Made by a program: the position numbers and the translations under genes. The notes beneath the pieces were generated by a model. That model saw only the letters and a list, made by a program, of their open reading frames with translations, was not told the DNA's origin and ran no database searches. From positions 1-56,250 of the forward strand of contig JBFGJH010000016.1 of NCBI GenBank assembly GCA_041577335.1: DNA of 56,250 bases, given 5' to 3'. Below, one piece after another: positions 1 through 9,181 of the stretch (its first letter is position 1; every line of letters starts with the position of its first letter). The stretch is from Acidimicrobiia bacterium (GTDB taxonomy: Bacteria; Actinomycetota; Acidimicrobiia; Spongiisociales; JAENVV01).

Positions 1-380
1 GCCTCGGTGAGAATGGCAATGCCCAACGCTGCCACCATGGCTGCTCCCACAGCCTGGATTATCCGAAACCCGATCAATGCCTCCACTGTCGGCGAGAGGC
101 CCGCCGTCATCGAGGCCACCGTGAATACGGTGAAACCGGCCGTATATATGCCCTTCTTGCCGAACATGTCACCCAGGCGGCCGACAATCAGGATCAGCGT
201 GCCGATCGTGAGTAGATAACCGAGCACCACCCACTGAATCGCCGCTATCGATGCGTCGAACTCCGCGGTGAGTGTGGGCAGGGCCACGTTGACGATGCTC
301 CCGTCCAGCGTTGAGAGGAACACTCCCAGCCCGACCGAGGCCATGACGAACCATTTCTTGCTGTAGTCCACGGTCTCCAT
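1..380 (-). CDS. MFS drug:H+ antiporter (DHA2, EmrB/QacA-like), N-terminal part; runs off the window edge
   Basis: Manual translation from ATG at 380 (not in ORF track): METVDYSKKWFVMASVGLGVFLSTLDGSIVNVALPTL...IQWVVLGYLL...GRLGDMFGKK. Contains the DHA2 motif LDxxIVNVALP and MFS motif A. Confidence 0.9.
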   Translation of the reverse strand, partial: METVDYSKKWFVMASVGLGVFLSTLDGSIVNVALPTLTAEFDASIAAIQWVVLGYLLTIGTLILIVGRLGDMFGKKGIYTAGFTVFTVASMTAGLSPTVEALIGFRIIQAVGAAMVAALGIAILTE

Positions 381-580
381 GCGGTGCTAGATGATGCCAG
401 GTGCTCGCCAGCACCAAGAATCGATGAGGTGCCTCCAGACCCTCGAGTCAGCATGCTCGGGATCCCGTCGTCTCGGTTCCTGCCAGGCTCGGGGAAGCTC
501 GAGATTCACGATGGCGAGGCGGCCGGCGCAATAATGGGCACAAGTGGCGATCCGACTCGCCGCATTGGGGCTCCGAATTC

Positions 581-1468
581 ATGGAACAGTCTGCGCTCGC
601 CGAAGTAGGGCTTCCCGTCGCCGTCTTTCTGGTGATGGTGGTCGTAGGCACGTCGGTCGATGCGACCGACTTCCGACGCCTGGCCAAAGCTCCGCGGGCG
701 CTCGTCGTTGGCTTGCTTGCCCAACTCGTCGCGTTGCCCTTGTTGGGATTCTTGCTGGCATTTTCGCTTCGCTCCGATCCGATTCTGGCGGTTGGCATGG
801 TGTTGCTGGCCGCGGCACCCGGCGGGGCCACCTCCAACGTCATCGTGCATTGGTCCGATGGCGATAGAGCGTTGTCGGTGACGATGACGCTGCTGGCGAG
901 CACGGTCACCTGGATCTCGATGCCACTGCTTCTGATCTGGGCCATCGACTTGTTCGGTGGTGTGACGGCAGCCCAGTTCGAGCTGTCGTTCTTCGATGTG
1001 GTGGCTCAGATTGCAGCAATAACCCTCCTGCCGTTGGTGGCCGGGATGTGGGTACGTCGCCGATATCCGGGCTCCGTTGTGCGGTGGCGCAAGAGCGGAC
1101 GGATCTTCTCGGGCGTGGTCTTGGCATCCATCGTGATCGCTCTCCTCATCGAGAACCTCCAATTGGTTATCGACGAGGGCCCGCAGCTGGCACCGGCGCT
1201 TGTGGCCCTGAACGGCGCTGCTCTCGCCCTGGGTTACGCAATGTCGAAGCTTGCCCGACTAGGGCGACGGCAAGCCGTCACAGTGGCGGTGGAGACGGGA
1301 ATTCAGAACGCGGCGCTGGCCATCACGGTCGCGCTGGTAACGCTCGATTCTGCTCCCTTGTCGGTTGTTCCCGCCTTGTACGGCTTGCTGATGCTGATCA
1401 CCGGCCCGGTCTTTGCCATGACGATGCTACGAAACGTCGCGCGGACACCGGTCGGAGAAGCCACCTGA
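581..1468 (+). CDS. Bile acid:sodium symporter (BASS/SBF) family transporter
   Basis: Hydrophobic 295 aa ORF with AQLVALPL, APGGATSN and ETGIQNAALA motifs typical of the family. Confidence 0.9.
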   Translation: MEQSALAEVGLPVAVFLVMVVVGTSVDATDFRRLAKAPRALVVGLLAQLVALPLLGFLLAFSLRSDPILAVGMVLLAAAPGGATSNVIVHWSDGDRALSVTMTLLASTVTWISMPLLLIWAIDLFGGVTAAQFELSFFDVVAQIAAITLLPLVAGMWVRRRYPGSVVRWRKSGRIFSGVVLASIVIALLIENLQLVIDEGPQLAPALVALNGAALALGYAMSKLARLGRRQAVTVAVETGIQNAALAITVALVTLDSAPLSVVPALYGLLMLITGPVFAMTMLRNVARTPVGEAT

Positions 1469-1533
1469 CAGCGGAGGGGATGTCTGATGCACCTCGTACG
1501 GTTCAATGAGAGTTGGCCCGGTTCCCGCAGGGA

Positions 1534-4191
1534 CTACGAGAGCCGCAGCGCAGTCGCTTGTGCGACGGCGGCGTTGCGGGAGTTCACACCGAGCTTGCTG
1601 TAGATGCTTCGGATGTGCGACTTCACGGTATTGATCGAAACGAAGAGCTCGTGTGCGATCTCTTGGTTCGACAAGCGACTTGGCAACAGCCGAAGCACCG
1701 CCAACTCCCGTTCGGTCAGTTCGTGAGCAAGCAAGGCGTCGTCGGACTGGATGTCTCGTGGCCGCCCGGCCGGCCGGCTTCGGTGGCCTACAAAAGCCGC
1801 GTGAACAGAGCCAACGGCGGCGGTGATGCCCGCGTCAACGCCCCTGCTGACACCGGCCAACACAAGGGTGTCGTCTACGTAGGTCTGAACGAAGCGCTCT
1901 GGCTCGCCCATTGCCATGGCGATCTCCATCGTCATAGGCGCAGCCGGATCATTGACGGCGACTGCGGAGATGGCATCGAGCTTCGCCGCTTCTATCAAAT
2001 AACGGGCGGTCGGCTCGGCGGGTGCTGTTGCCTCGGCCAGCAGCGATCGGGCTTCGACCGGCCGGTGGTCGGCGATCAGGAAATGTGCGAGAGCCAAGCG
2101 CTCTCGCAGCGTTGTTGGGCCGTTCTCGACGCGAGAGCGCCAGTCGGGAAGCCACGACTCGGCCAGCGATAGATCCAGGTCTCGCAAGTAGAGCTCGGCG
2201 TGGGCGAGGACGAGACGGAATGACAGGTCTCCGGAGACGGGCCGCCCATCGGGACCCGTGAAACCGTCGTTGAGAACCTCCCGTGCCCCGCTACGGTCTC
2301 CCAATGCCGCCTGAATCGCGCTGAGAAGGATTGCGTTCTCGACCGAGACAAAGACATCCTCGGTAGGGCTCTCTGCCACCCAGGACGCGAGCCGGTATGC
2401 GTCGTCGAGGCTGCCACGGTCGTATGCCACACGAGCGAGCGCCAACTCGGCGTACCGCACTGGGTGAAACCAACGAATCCCGCTCGCGGCGGCGAGATCC
2501 AAGGCGCGTCGAGCCAGTGTCTTGCCCTCGCCGAGCTGACCGGCTTCAACCCGGTTCCACGCAAGGGCTGAGGTGGCCGCCAGTTCGAGAAAGGGATCGC
2601 TCGGCCTGGCGGCCAGGACGGTGCGCAGCTCGGCAGCGGCGTCGGTCAAGGAGCCGGTCTGGCTCAGTGCCATACCCAGCGCCAGAGATCGGATCGCGCT
2701 TGGCATCTGCGCCGCAGCCGGATCCGATGCCGCCGTGAGCGCCAAGCTTGCGCTGCCAGTGAGCAGATCTGCCGCAATGCCCACGGTTCGAACCAGCTCA
2801 TCGGAAAGAACGTTCTCAGACCTTGCGGCGATATCGGTGAGGCTGTCAACCGAGCCGCCTATCAGGGCGGCATAGGTCCTGAGGGGATGCATCCTGGGAT
2901 GAGATGCGACGTCGACGGGAAGTCGGTCGATGAAACCGGGGACGACGGCTGGTCCTTTTTGGAGGAGGGTCAGAGCGTTGTCGATGATCCAGGTGCTTGC
3001 CGCATCGAAGTCCTCGCCCATGATTGCGTGGTCGGCGGCCAGAGCAACGTCGCCGTGTTCATGCAGCCATACAGCTACATCCCGGTGGAGTCGAGCGAGC
3101 CGGGCTGGGTTGCTTTGCAGACGTGTGTACAGCACTGAGCGGACGAGCGGATGGCAGGTGTAGTGGCCGGTCGTCGAGCTCTTCTTGCTGATGACGCCCG
3201 ATCGCGCCAGGTGTTCGAGAAGCTGGTCGCAGTCGGAGCGGCCCGTGAGACCCTCGCATTCTGAGGCCGAGAACTCGTCGAGAACCGCCGTGTCCTCGAG
3301 GAATCCGCCAGCCGCTGATCCGAGCGAGCCGACGACCTCCGCGACCAAATAGTCGACAATTGGCGATGGTTGCTCGGCCAGTGTCTCGACGAACTCAGCC
3401 GGCGTGGCCGACTCTTGAATGCGGAGTGCCGCGAGGTGGAGACAGGCTATCCATCCACGGCATTCTGCGACCAAGCGGTCGGTGTGCGCTTGGCTGATCT
3501 CTCCGGCGATCGTGAGGTCGAGGTATGCATGGGCTTCGTCGTCGCTGAACTGGAGGACCTCGGTCCGGATTTCCGAAAGAGTGCCCTTGCTCTTCCATTT
3601 CGCAACTGGAATGGCTGGCTCGGTGCGGCTCGAAATCACGAGCTTGAACGTTGGGGGAAGGTGATCGATGACCTCGGTGAGGTCGCGCACGACACCCGGG
3701 TCCTCAACCAAGTGGAAATCGTCGATCACGAGGACGCACTCTTCGGCGATCCGGCACAGGTCGTTGACGAGCGTGCGAGTAAACGTCAACCCGCTTGCGG
3801 GCCCGCCGTCTGCGAGGGTTCTCAATGTCGACTCGAGCGCGCTGGGTACCGACTTGCGAATGGCAGCAACGAAAGCAGACCAGAACTCGCCGGGTGCGGC
3901 ATGCTGATGATCGAGTGACAGCCATGATCTGGCATTTTTGGTTGAACTGGAGCGGTACCAGTCGCTCATTGCGACCGTCTTTCCGAAACCCGCCGGCGCC
4001 ACGACGACGGTCACCTGGTGGCGGATGCCCATCCCCAACGCTCGTGAGATGCGCGCTCGTGGGAGAGGGTTCACTGGCGAAAGCGGCGGCGAGAGCATCG
4101 TTTCGTATACGGAATGCTGACTTCGGTGGCCGAGCCCGCGTGGCGTATTCGGCCCCGATGTTGCGTTGCGAGGTTCTGTCCGTGTTGCCAT
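1534..4191 (-). CDS. MalT-like ATP-dependent LuxR-family transcriptional regulator (copy 1)
   Basis: Walker A APAGFGKT, WLSLD, Walker B IDDFH, GW motif, helical sensor region, C-terminal LuxR HTH (LTERELAVL...SINTVKSHIRSIYSKLGV). Confidence 0.92.
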   Translation of the reverse strand: MATRTEPRNATSGPNTPRGLGHRSQHSVYETMLSPPLSPVNPLPRARISRALGMGIRHQVTVVVAPAGFGKTVAMSDWYRSSSTKNARSWLSLDHQHAAPGEFWSAFVAAIRKSVPSALESTLRTLADGGPASGLTFTRTLVNDLCRIAEECVLVIDDFHLVEDPGVVRDLTEVIDHLPPTFKLVISSRTEPAIPVAKWKSKGTLSEIRTEVLQFSDDEAHAYLDLTIAGEISQAHTDRLVAECRGWIACLHLAALRIQESATPAEFVETLAEQPSPIVDYLVAEVVGSLGSAAGGFLEDTAVLDEFSASECEGLTGRSDCDQLLEHLARSGVISKKSSTTGHYTCHPLVRSVLYTRLQSNPARLARLHRDVAVWLHEHGDVALAADHAIMGEDFDAASTWIIDNALTLLQKGPAVVPGFIDRLPVDVASHPRMHPLRTYAALIGGSVDSLTDIAARSENVLSDELVRTVGIAADLLTGSASLALTAASDPAAAQMPSAIRSLALGMALSQTGSLTDAAAELRTVLAARPSDPFLELAATSALAWNRVEAGQLGEGKTLARRALDLAAASGIRWFHPVRYAELALARVAYDRGSLDDAYRLASWVAESPTEDVFVSVENAILLSAIQAALGDRSGAREVLNDGFTGPDGRPVSGDLSFRLVLAHAELYLRDLDLSLAESWLPDWRSRVENGPTTLRERLALAHFLIADHRPVEARSLLAEATAPAEPTARYLIEAAKLDAISAVAVNDPAAPMTMEIAMAMGEPERFVQTYVDDTLVLAGVSRGVDAGITAAVGSVHAAFVGHRSRPAGRPRDIQSDDALLAHELTERELAVLRLLPSRLSNQEIAHELFVSINTVKSHIRSIYSKLGVNSRNAAVAQATALRLS

Positions 4192-4209
4192 AGACCTTTT
4201 CTATTGGCA

Positions 4210-4270
4210 ACCCGGGTGACTGGTCCACCACTCACCCGGGTGATTGGATACCCATCACCCACCCGGGGAA
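4210..4270. repeat. Short direct repeats ACCCGGGTGA(C/T)TGG in the divergent regulator/sulfatase promoter region
   Basis: ACCCGGGTGACTGG 4210-4223, ACCCGGGTGATTGG 4234-4247, degenerate ACCCGGGGAA 4261-4270. Confidence 0.7.
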
Positions 4271-4339
4271 GATCCGTGGAGTGGGGCGATTCCTGCTTTC
4301 GCTTTCCCGGGTATGGGCCACCGACCCGCTGCCGGCGAA

Positions 4340-4356
4340 TCACCTACGATGGGTGA
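4340..4356. promoter_or_regulatory. Candidate operator palindrome TCACC-N7-GGTGA upstream of arylsulfatase
   Basis: TCACC-TACGATG-GGTGA; the same architecture recurs at 14144-14160. Confidence 0.55.
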
Positions 4357-4432
4357 GAGCAGCGCCGGCTCTCTCCGTGAGAGTTACGCCAGCGCTGTTA
4401 CTCGCGTCACGTTCACGAAGGGAATTCACAAC

Positions 4433-5923
4433 ATGCCCAAAGGCAAGCCGAACATCCTCGTTCTGTGGGGGGACGATATCGGGATAACCAACCTGAGCTG
4501 TTACAGCGACGGGCTCATGGGATACCGGACACCGAACATCGACCGGGTCGCCAACGAGGGTGTTCGTTTCACCGACTACTACGGGGAGCAGAGCTGTACG
4601 GCAGGGAGAGCGGCCTTCATGACGGGCCAAAACCCCTATCGTTCTGGGCTCACCAAAGTGGGGCTGCCGGGGGCGGACATGGGCCTGCGTGACGAAGATC
4701 CCACCATCGCCACTGCGCTGAAGTCACAGGGATACGCGACCGGCCAGTTCGGCAAGAATCACTTCGGGGATCGTGACGAGTTTCTTCCCACGAACCACGG
4801 CTTCGACGAGTTCTTTGGCAACCTCTATCACCTCAACGCCGAAGAAGAGCCCGAGAACGAGGACTATCCAAAGCCTGAGGACTTTCCGCATTTCAAGGAA
4901 CGCTTCGGCCCTCGTGGGGTAATCCACAGCTTCGCCGACGGACGCATAGAGGACACCGGCCCGCTGACCAAAAAGCGCATGGAAACGATTGATGATGAGA
5001 TTCTCCCCCATGCGCAGCGGTTCATTCGCGACGCCCACGACGCAGATACGCCCTTCTTTGTGTGGTTCAACACCACCGGGATGCACTTCCGCACCCACAT
5101 CGCCGACGAGATCAAAGGCCAAGCGGGACGGTGGCAGTCGGAATACCACGACGCCATGGTGGAGCACGACAAACGTATTGGGCGGATGCTGGATCTCATC
5201 GATGAACTGGGTATCGGCGATGATACGATCGTCATGTACAGCACCGACAACGGTGTCCATATGAATACCTGGCCCGACGGAGGAATGACCCCGTTCCGCA
5301 ACGAGAAGAATTCGAACTGGGAAGGTGCATTCCGAGTGCCCGCAATGGTCCGTTGGCCCGGCCACATCGAACCCGGGACGGTACTCAACGGCATCGTCAG
5401 CCACAACGACTGGTTTGTGACCTTCCTGGCAGCGGCCGGGGAGGCGGATATCGCCGAGAAGCTGAAGACCGGCTACGAGCTCAACGGAACCACCTACAAG
5501 GTTCACCTCGACGGTTTCAACCAGATTCCCTACATCACGGGTGAGGAAGACGAAAGCCCGCGGCAGTACTTCTTCTACGTGTCCGATGACGGCGATCTCA
5601 TGGCGTTGCGCTACGACAACTGGAAGTTCGTGTTCTTGGAACAACGAGCACGCGGTACGCTGCAAGTCTGGGCCGAGCCCTTCACGGAGTTGCGGGTGCC
5701 AAAGATATTCAACCTGCGAACGGACCCATTCGAGCGGGCGGACGTGGCCTCCAACACGTACTACGACTGGCTCATCAACCGGGCGTATCTCATGGTCCCG
5801 GCGCAGGTCTTCGTGGCACAAATGGCCCAGACGCTGGTTGAGTTTCCGCCTCGGCAGGAACCGGCCAGCTTCACGGTCGCCAAGATGCTCGAGAAACTCA
5901 AAGCGGGCATGCCCAGCTCCTGA
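4433..5923 (+). CDS. Arylsulfatase (Cys-type, formylglycine-dependent)
   Basis: Start MPKGKPNILVLWGDDIG after GAAGGGA; signature SCTAGRAAFMTG; GYATGQFGKNH; STDNG; no signal peptide. Confidence 0.95.
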   Translation: MPKGKPNILVLWGDDIGITNLSCYSDGLMGYRTPNIDRVANEGVRFTDYYGEQSCTAGRAAFMTGQNPYRSGLTKVGLPGADMGLRDEDPTIATALKSQGYATGQFGKNHFGDRDEFLPTNHGFDEFFGNLYHLNAEEEPENEDYPKPEDFPHFKERFGPRGVIHSFADGRIEDTGPLTKKRMETIDDEILPHAQRFIRDAHDADTPFFVWFNTTGMHFRTHIADEIKGQAGRWQSEYHDAMVEHDKRIGRMLDLIDELGIGDDTIVMYSTDNGVHMNTWPDGGMTPFRNEKNSNWEGAFRVPAMVRWPGHIEPGTVLNGIVSHNDWFVTFLAAAGEADIAEKLKTGYELNGTTYKVHLDGFNQIPYITGEEDESPRQYFFYVSDDGDLMALRYDNWKFVFLEQRARGTLQVWAEPFTELRVPKIFNLRTDPFERADVASNTYYDWLINRAYLMVPAQVFVAQMAQTLVEFPPRQEPASFTVAKMLEKLKAGMPSS

Positions 5924-5937
5924 GTTTGGAAGCCGAG

Positions 5938-6235
5938 ATGACGGACCTTCGGTTGCCCGCGTGGCGGCCGCATGGTGCCCGCCGCGCCATCGTGGCGACC
6001 ATCTGAGCGAATCGAGATCTTCGAAAACGACCGGACGCTGCGGCGAGAAAGGCCGCGGTATCGACAGGCATAGCTCCTTGTTCATGAGCTGCGCGACGCT
6101 GCTGTCGTCAACCGCGACAACAAAACACGCGAAGACACCGAGACTTCCGCAGGCGCGGTCGAACCGGCCGCTTCGAACGAGGATCAAACCGTCCGATCGG
6201 GTCTGCCGGTGGTCGACGTGGCCGATGATTGGTAA
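5938..6235 (+). pseudogene. Remnant of a HAD-family hydrolase (internally deleted, frameshifted, nonsense)
   Basis: MTDLRLPAWRPHGARRAIVATI*, then shifted frame PSERIEIFENDRTLRRERPRYRQA*LLVHELRD...VVNRDNKTRE...GLPVVDVADDW*. Resembles, from memory, the N-terminal (LPSW...ERIAVFDNDGTLW) and C-terminal (HDDAERE...VVSMKxDW) parts of sulfatase-associated HAD proteins. Confidence 0.6.
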
Positions 6236-6307
6236 CAAACATCTAGATCGACCGGGCGGCACGACCGGTAAGGTGCGGGTCCAGCCCGAGAGAGCGAGGC
6301 CAGCGAG

Positions 6308-7255
6308 GTGAACACCGCGATTCGCGACAGCATGATCTGGCTCGAGGGCGGCGCATTCGCGATGGGATCTGACGATTTCTATCCCGACGAGGGACCGGTT
6401 CGGCGGGTTCAGGTCGACGGGTTCGGTATTGCCCCATATGCGGTTACGAACGACCAGTTTTCGGCGTTCGTCAATCAGACCGGTTTTGTGACGGAAGCCG
6501 AGATGACCCCAGACCCTGACCTCTATCCGGGGGCTCTGCCCGAGAATCTGGTGCCGGGGGCTCTGGTCTTCCGCATGACACCACAGCCAGTGAATCTGCG
6601 CAACTATTCACAGTGGTGGGAGTGGACTCCAGGAGCAGACTGGCGGCACCCACTCGGACCCGACAGCTCGATCGCCGGTCTCGGCGACCATCCGGTCGTG
6701 CAGGTCAGCTTTGGAGACGCGGTTGCGTTCTGTGAATGGGCCGGCCTCGAGCTTCCGACCGAAGCCGAGTGGGAGTTTGCGGCAAGGGGCGGCTTGGACC
6801 GTGCCCGGTTCACATGGGGCGACGACGATCCCCAGGAGACGGAACCGGTTGCCAACACCTGGCAGGGAGGCTTTCCGTACGAGAACACCGAGATCGACGG
6901 ATGGACGAGAACTGCTCCAGTCGGTTCCTATCCATCCAACGGCTATGGCCTCTATGACATGGCCGGCAACGTGTGGGAATGGACTAACGACTGGTATACG
7001 GCGGTCCGGTTGGTAGCGGAAGAGAGCCCATGCTGTGCGCCGGCGAATCCGCGCGGAGGGTCACTCGAAGACAGCCTCGATCCAGCTCAGCCAGCCATTG
7101 CCATCCCGCGCAAGGTGGTCAAGGGGGGCTCCCATTTGTGTACTCCGCAGTACTGCTACCGATACCGACCGGCGGCGCGGCAACCGCAGATGATCGATAC
7201 GGCTATGAGTCACCTCGGTTTTCGATGCATCGCGCGGCGCGGACTCAACCCTTGA
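6308..7255 (+). CDS. Formylglycine-generating enzyme (SUMF1/FGE family)
   Basis: LPTEAEWEFAARGG, YGLYDMAGNVWEW, KGGSHLCTPQYCYRYRPAAR (catalytic CxxxxC); adjacent to a Cys-type sulfatase. Confidence 0.95.
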   Translation: MNTAIRDSMIWLEGGAFAMGSDDFYPDEGPVRRVQVDGFGIAPYAVTNDQFSAFVNQTGFVTEAEMTPDPDLYPGALPENLVPGALVFRMTPQPVNLRNYSQWWEWTPGADWRHPLGPDSSIAGLGDHPVVQVSFGDAVAFCEWAGLELPTEAEWEFAARGGLDRARFTWGDDDPQETEPVANTWQGGFPYENTEIDGWTRTAPVGSYPSNGYGLYDMAGNVWEWTNDWYTAVRLVAEESPCCAPANPRGGSLEDSLDPAQPAIAIPRKVVKGGSHLCTPQYCYRYRPAARQPQMIDTAMSHLGFRCIARRGLNP

Positions 7256-7298
7256 TAGTGGGTTCTGACCGGCGTCGACTCTGGCGGCAGGAAGCCGG

Positions 7299-8942
7299 GT
7301 GAGCCCTACCAAAAGGCCCCGTTCTCTCGATAGGCTCGCCCTCGACTACGTCCGCCGGCCGAACGATCGCAATGCTCGGCGAGCTTTCCTGGATGGTCTC
7401 GTCGCTGCTCCCGAAGCAAGCTCTGGTGTGGTGGATCAAGCAGTTGCGATGCTTGCTTCGGACGAGAGTGTCGACCACGGCCGTCTCATCGGCCTGGCGA
7501 ATGCACGACTCATTGCTCGGGCGGCTGCGGACCGGGAGAGATCGGGGCTGCAATCGCCAAACGAGGTTTCGCGCACCGACTTCGACACTGCCTTGGCGCT
7601 GGGCGACCCGCTGATGGTTCGGCTGCTGTCCGACCATGTGGTTCCTTCCTCCGAGCTCGAAGAGCTCATTACGACGCTTCGCTCCTTCTGGCTGAGTGCG
7701 ATCGTGGGAGACAAGAACATCCGATGGCCAGGATTGGACGTGCTTTCGGCTGTTGCGCTTCAGATGCAGACCACCGAATGGGTCTACGAAGAGACCATCG
7801 CCGAAACCGCCGGTCTTTCGGTCCTCGAGGCCAGATTCGAGGATTCAGCCAACTCCGATGTCACTGCCCGCCAACTCCTGGTCTACGCGATGTACCGGCC
7901 GCTTTCTTCGCTTGAGGTCACTGGGAGTCGTTCGGTTGTCTCGGCTGAACCGGGTTCCCTGCTCGATATCGTGCTCACGCGACATCTCGATGACGCGGCG
8001 GAAGAAGCAGAGTTGAGGTACGGACTGGCTCGGCTCACGGAGGTCTCTGATGAGGTCTCTCGCGCCGTGGCCGCCCAGTATGACGAGCGGCCCTATCCGC
8101 GTTGGCGAGCAGTCGGTCGTGGCAACGCTCGATCGGTCGACGAGGTGGTGGCATCTGCGCTCGCGAGCCCAGCACTGGTCGTCGGCATCAAGGCTCGGAG
8201 ACCCCGGGTCCTCGTGGCAGGCTGCGGGACTGGTCGGCACGCAGTGCTCGCCGCGCTTCGCTACGAGAATGCACGTGTCCTGGCGGTCGATCTCAGTCGA
8301 ACGGCGCTTGCGTATGCCGCTCGCCAGGCCCGTGATCTTGGAATCACCAACATCTCCTTCGCCCAGGCCGATCTGCTCGAACTCTCACCCGAGGCGGAGA
8401 GGTTCGACGTGATCGAAGCAGTAGGGGTGCTGCACCATATGGCGGATCCAGAAGCCGGTTGGAAGTCGCTGCGACGGCTTCTCACCGATGAGGGCCTCAT
8501 GAAAGTGGGCTTGTACAGCCGGAGCGGGAGAAGCTTCCTCGACCCGGTGTCAGCCTCAATCCGAGATCGTGGGCTCAGGCCGACGACTGCCGGCATCCGG
8601 GCTGTGCGCAAGTTGGTGAGGGAGTTGGGTGAGGACTCTCCGGCGCGTCACCTTTCCAGCGCGCCCGACTTCTATTCGCAGAGTGGTATCAGGGATCTGC
8701 TTTTCCACGAACATGAGGTTCGGTTCGACATCCCTCGCATCGCCCGAGCGATCAATGATCTGAACCTGGAGTTCCTTGGGTTCGAGCTTGCTTCGCCTGC
8801 CAGGCAGGCGTATACGCGGCGATTTCCCGACGACCCGACTGGTCGCAGTCTCGAGAACTGGGACGAGGTCGAGCGCGCCCATCCATACGTGTTTGCCGCC
8901 ATGTACCGGTTTTGGACTCGCGCTCGGACCTCCTTCGCGTAG
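7299..8942 (+). CDS. Class I SAM-dependent methyltransferase with long N-terminal helical region
   Basis: QYDERPYPRW, VLVAGCGTG (motif I), VDLS, FDVIEAVGVLHH, GLYS, RDLLFH. Confidence 0.85.
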   Translation: MSPTKRPRSLDRLALDYVRRPNDRNARRAFLDGLVAAPEASSGVVDQAVAMLASDESVDHGRLIGLANARLIARAAADRERSGLQSPNEVSRTDFDTALALGDPLMVRLLSDHVVPSSELEELITTLRSFWLSAIVGDKNIRWPGLDVLSAVALQMQTTEWVYEETIAETAGLSVLEARFEDSANSDVTARQLLVYAMYRPLSSLEVTGSRSVVSAEPGSLLDIVLTRHLDDAAEEAELRYGLARLTEVSDEVSRAVAAQYDERPYPRWRAVGRGNARSVDEVVASALASPALVVGIKARRPRVLVAGCGTGRHAVLAALRYENARVLAVDLSRTALAYAARQARDLGITNISFAQADLLELSPEAERFDVIEAVGVLHHMADPEAGWKSLRRLLTDEGLMKVGLYSRSGRSFLDPVSASIRDRGLRPTTAGIRAVRKLVRELGEDSPARHLSSAPDFYSQSGIRDLLFHEHEVRFDIPRIARAINDLNLEFLGFELASPARQAYTRRFPDDPTGRSLENWDEVERAHPYVFAAMYRFWTRARTSFA

Positions 8943-9181
8943 GTCCGGGACTGTGCTCGACCTTCCTGGTTACGTGTCGGCTGATGTTGTCCAGATGCGA
9001 CGTCTCCATCTCCTATGGTCTCGGACCCGGACTCTCGGAAGGATGCGGCAAACAGGGGTTTGTCGCCGTCGGTATCCGCCTCCCAGCCTGCGAATTGGCT
9101 TCGTCGCGGTAGCCCGCATAGGATCGCCGGAAGTGGCTGCGACGCGGTCTCTTTATAGCCTGGGAAAGCGAATCTGATTCT

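Noticed and set aside
4210..4270. Direct repeats as a mini CRISPR array
   Set aside because: Repeats are only 10-14 nt with about 10-13 nt between them, there are 2-3 copies, and no cas genes are present.
4724..6262. 512 aa minus-strand ORF and similar long antisense ORFs (e.g. 23133-24344, 40422-41981, 44334-45926)
   Set aside because: They are shadows of well-supported opposite-strand genes in high-GC DNA and carry no motifs.
8943..9181. Possible small gene or RNA in the 240 nt gap before regulator copy 2
   Set aside because: No convincing ORF, motif or strong structure was found.
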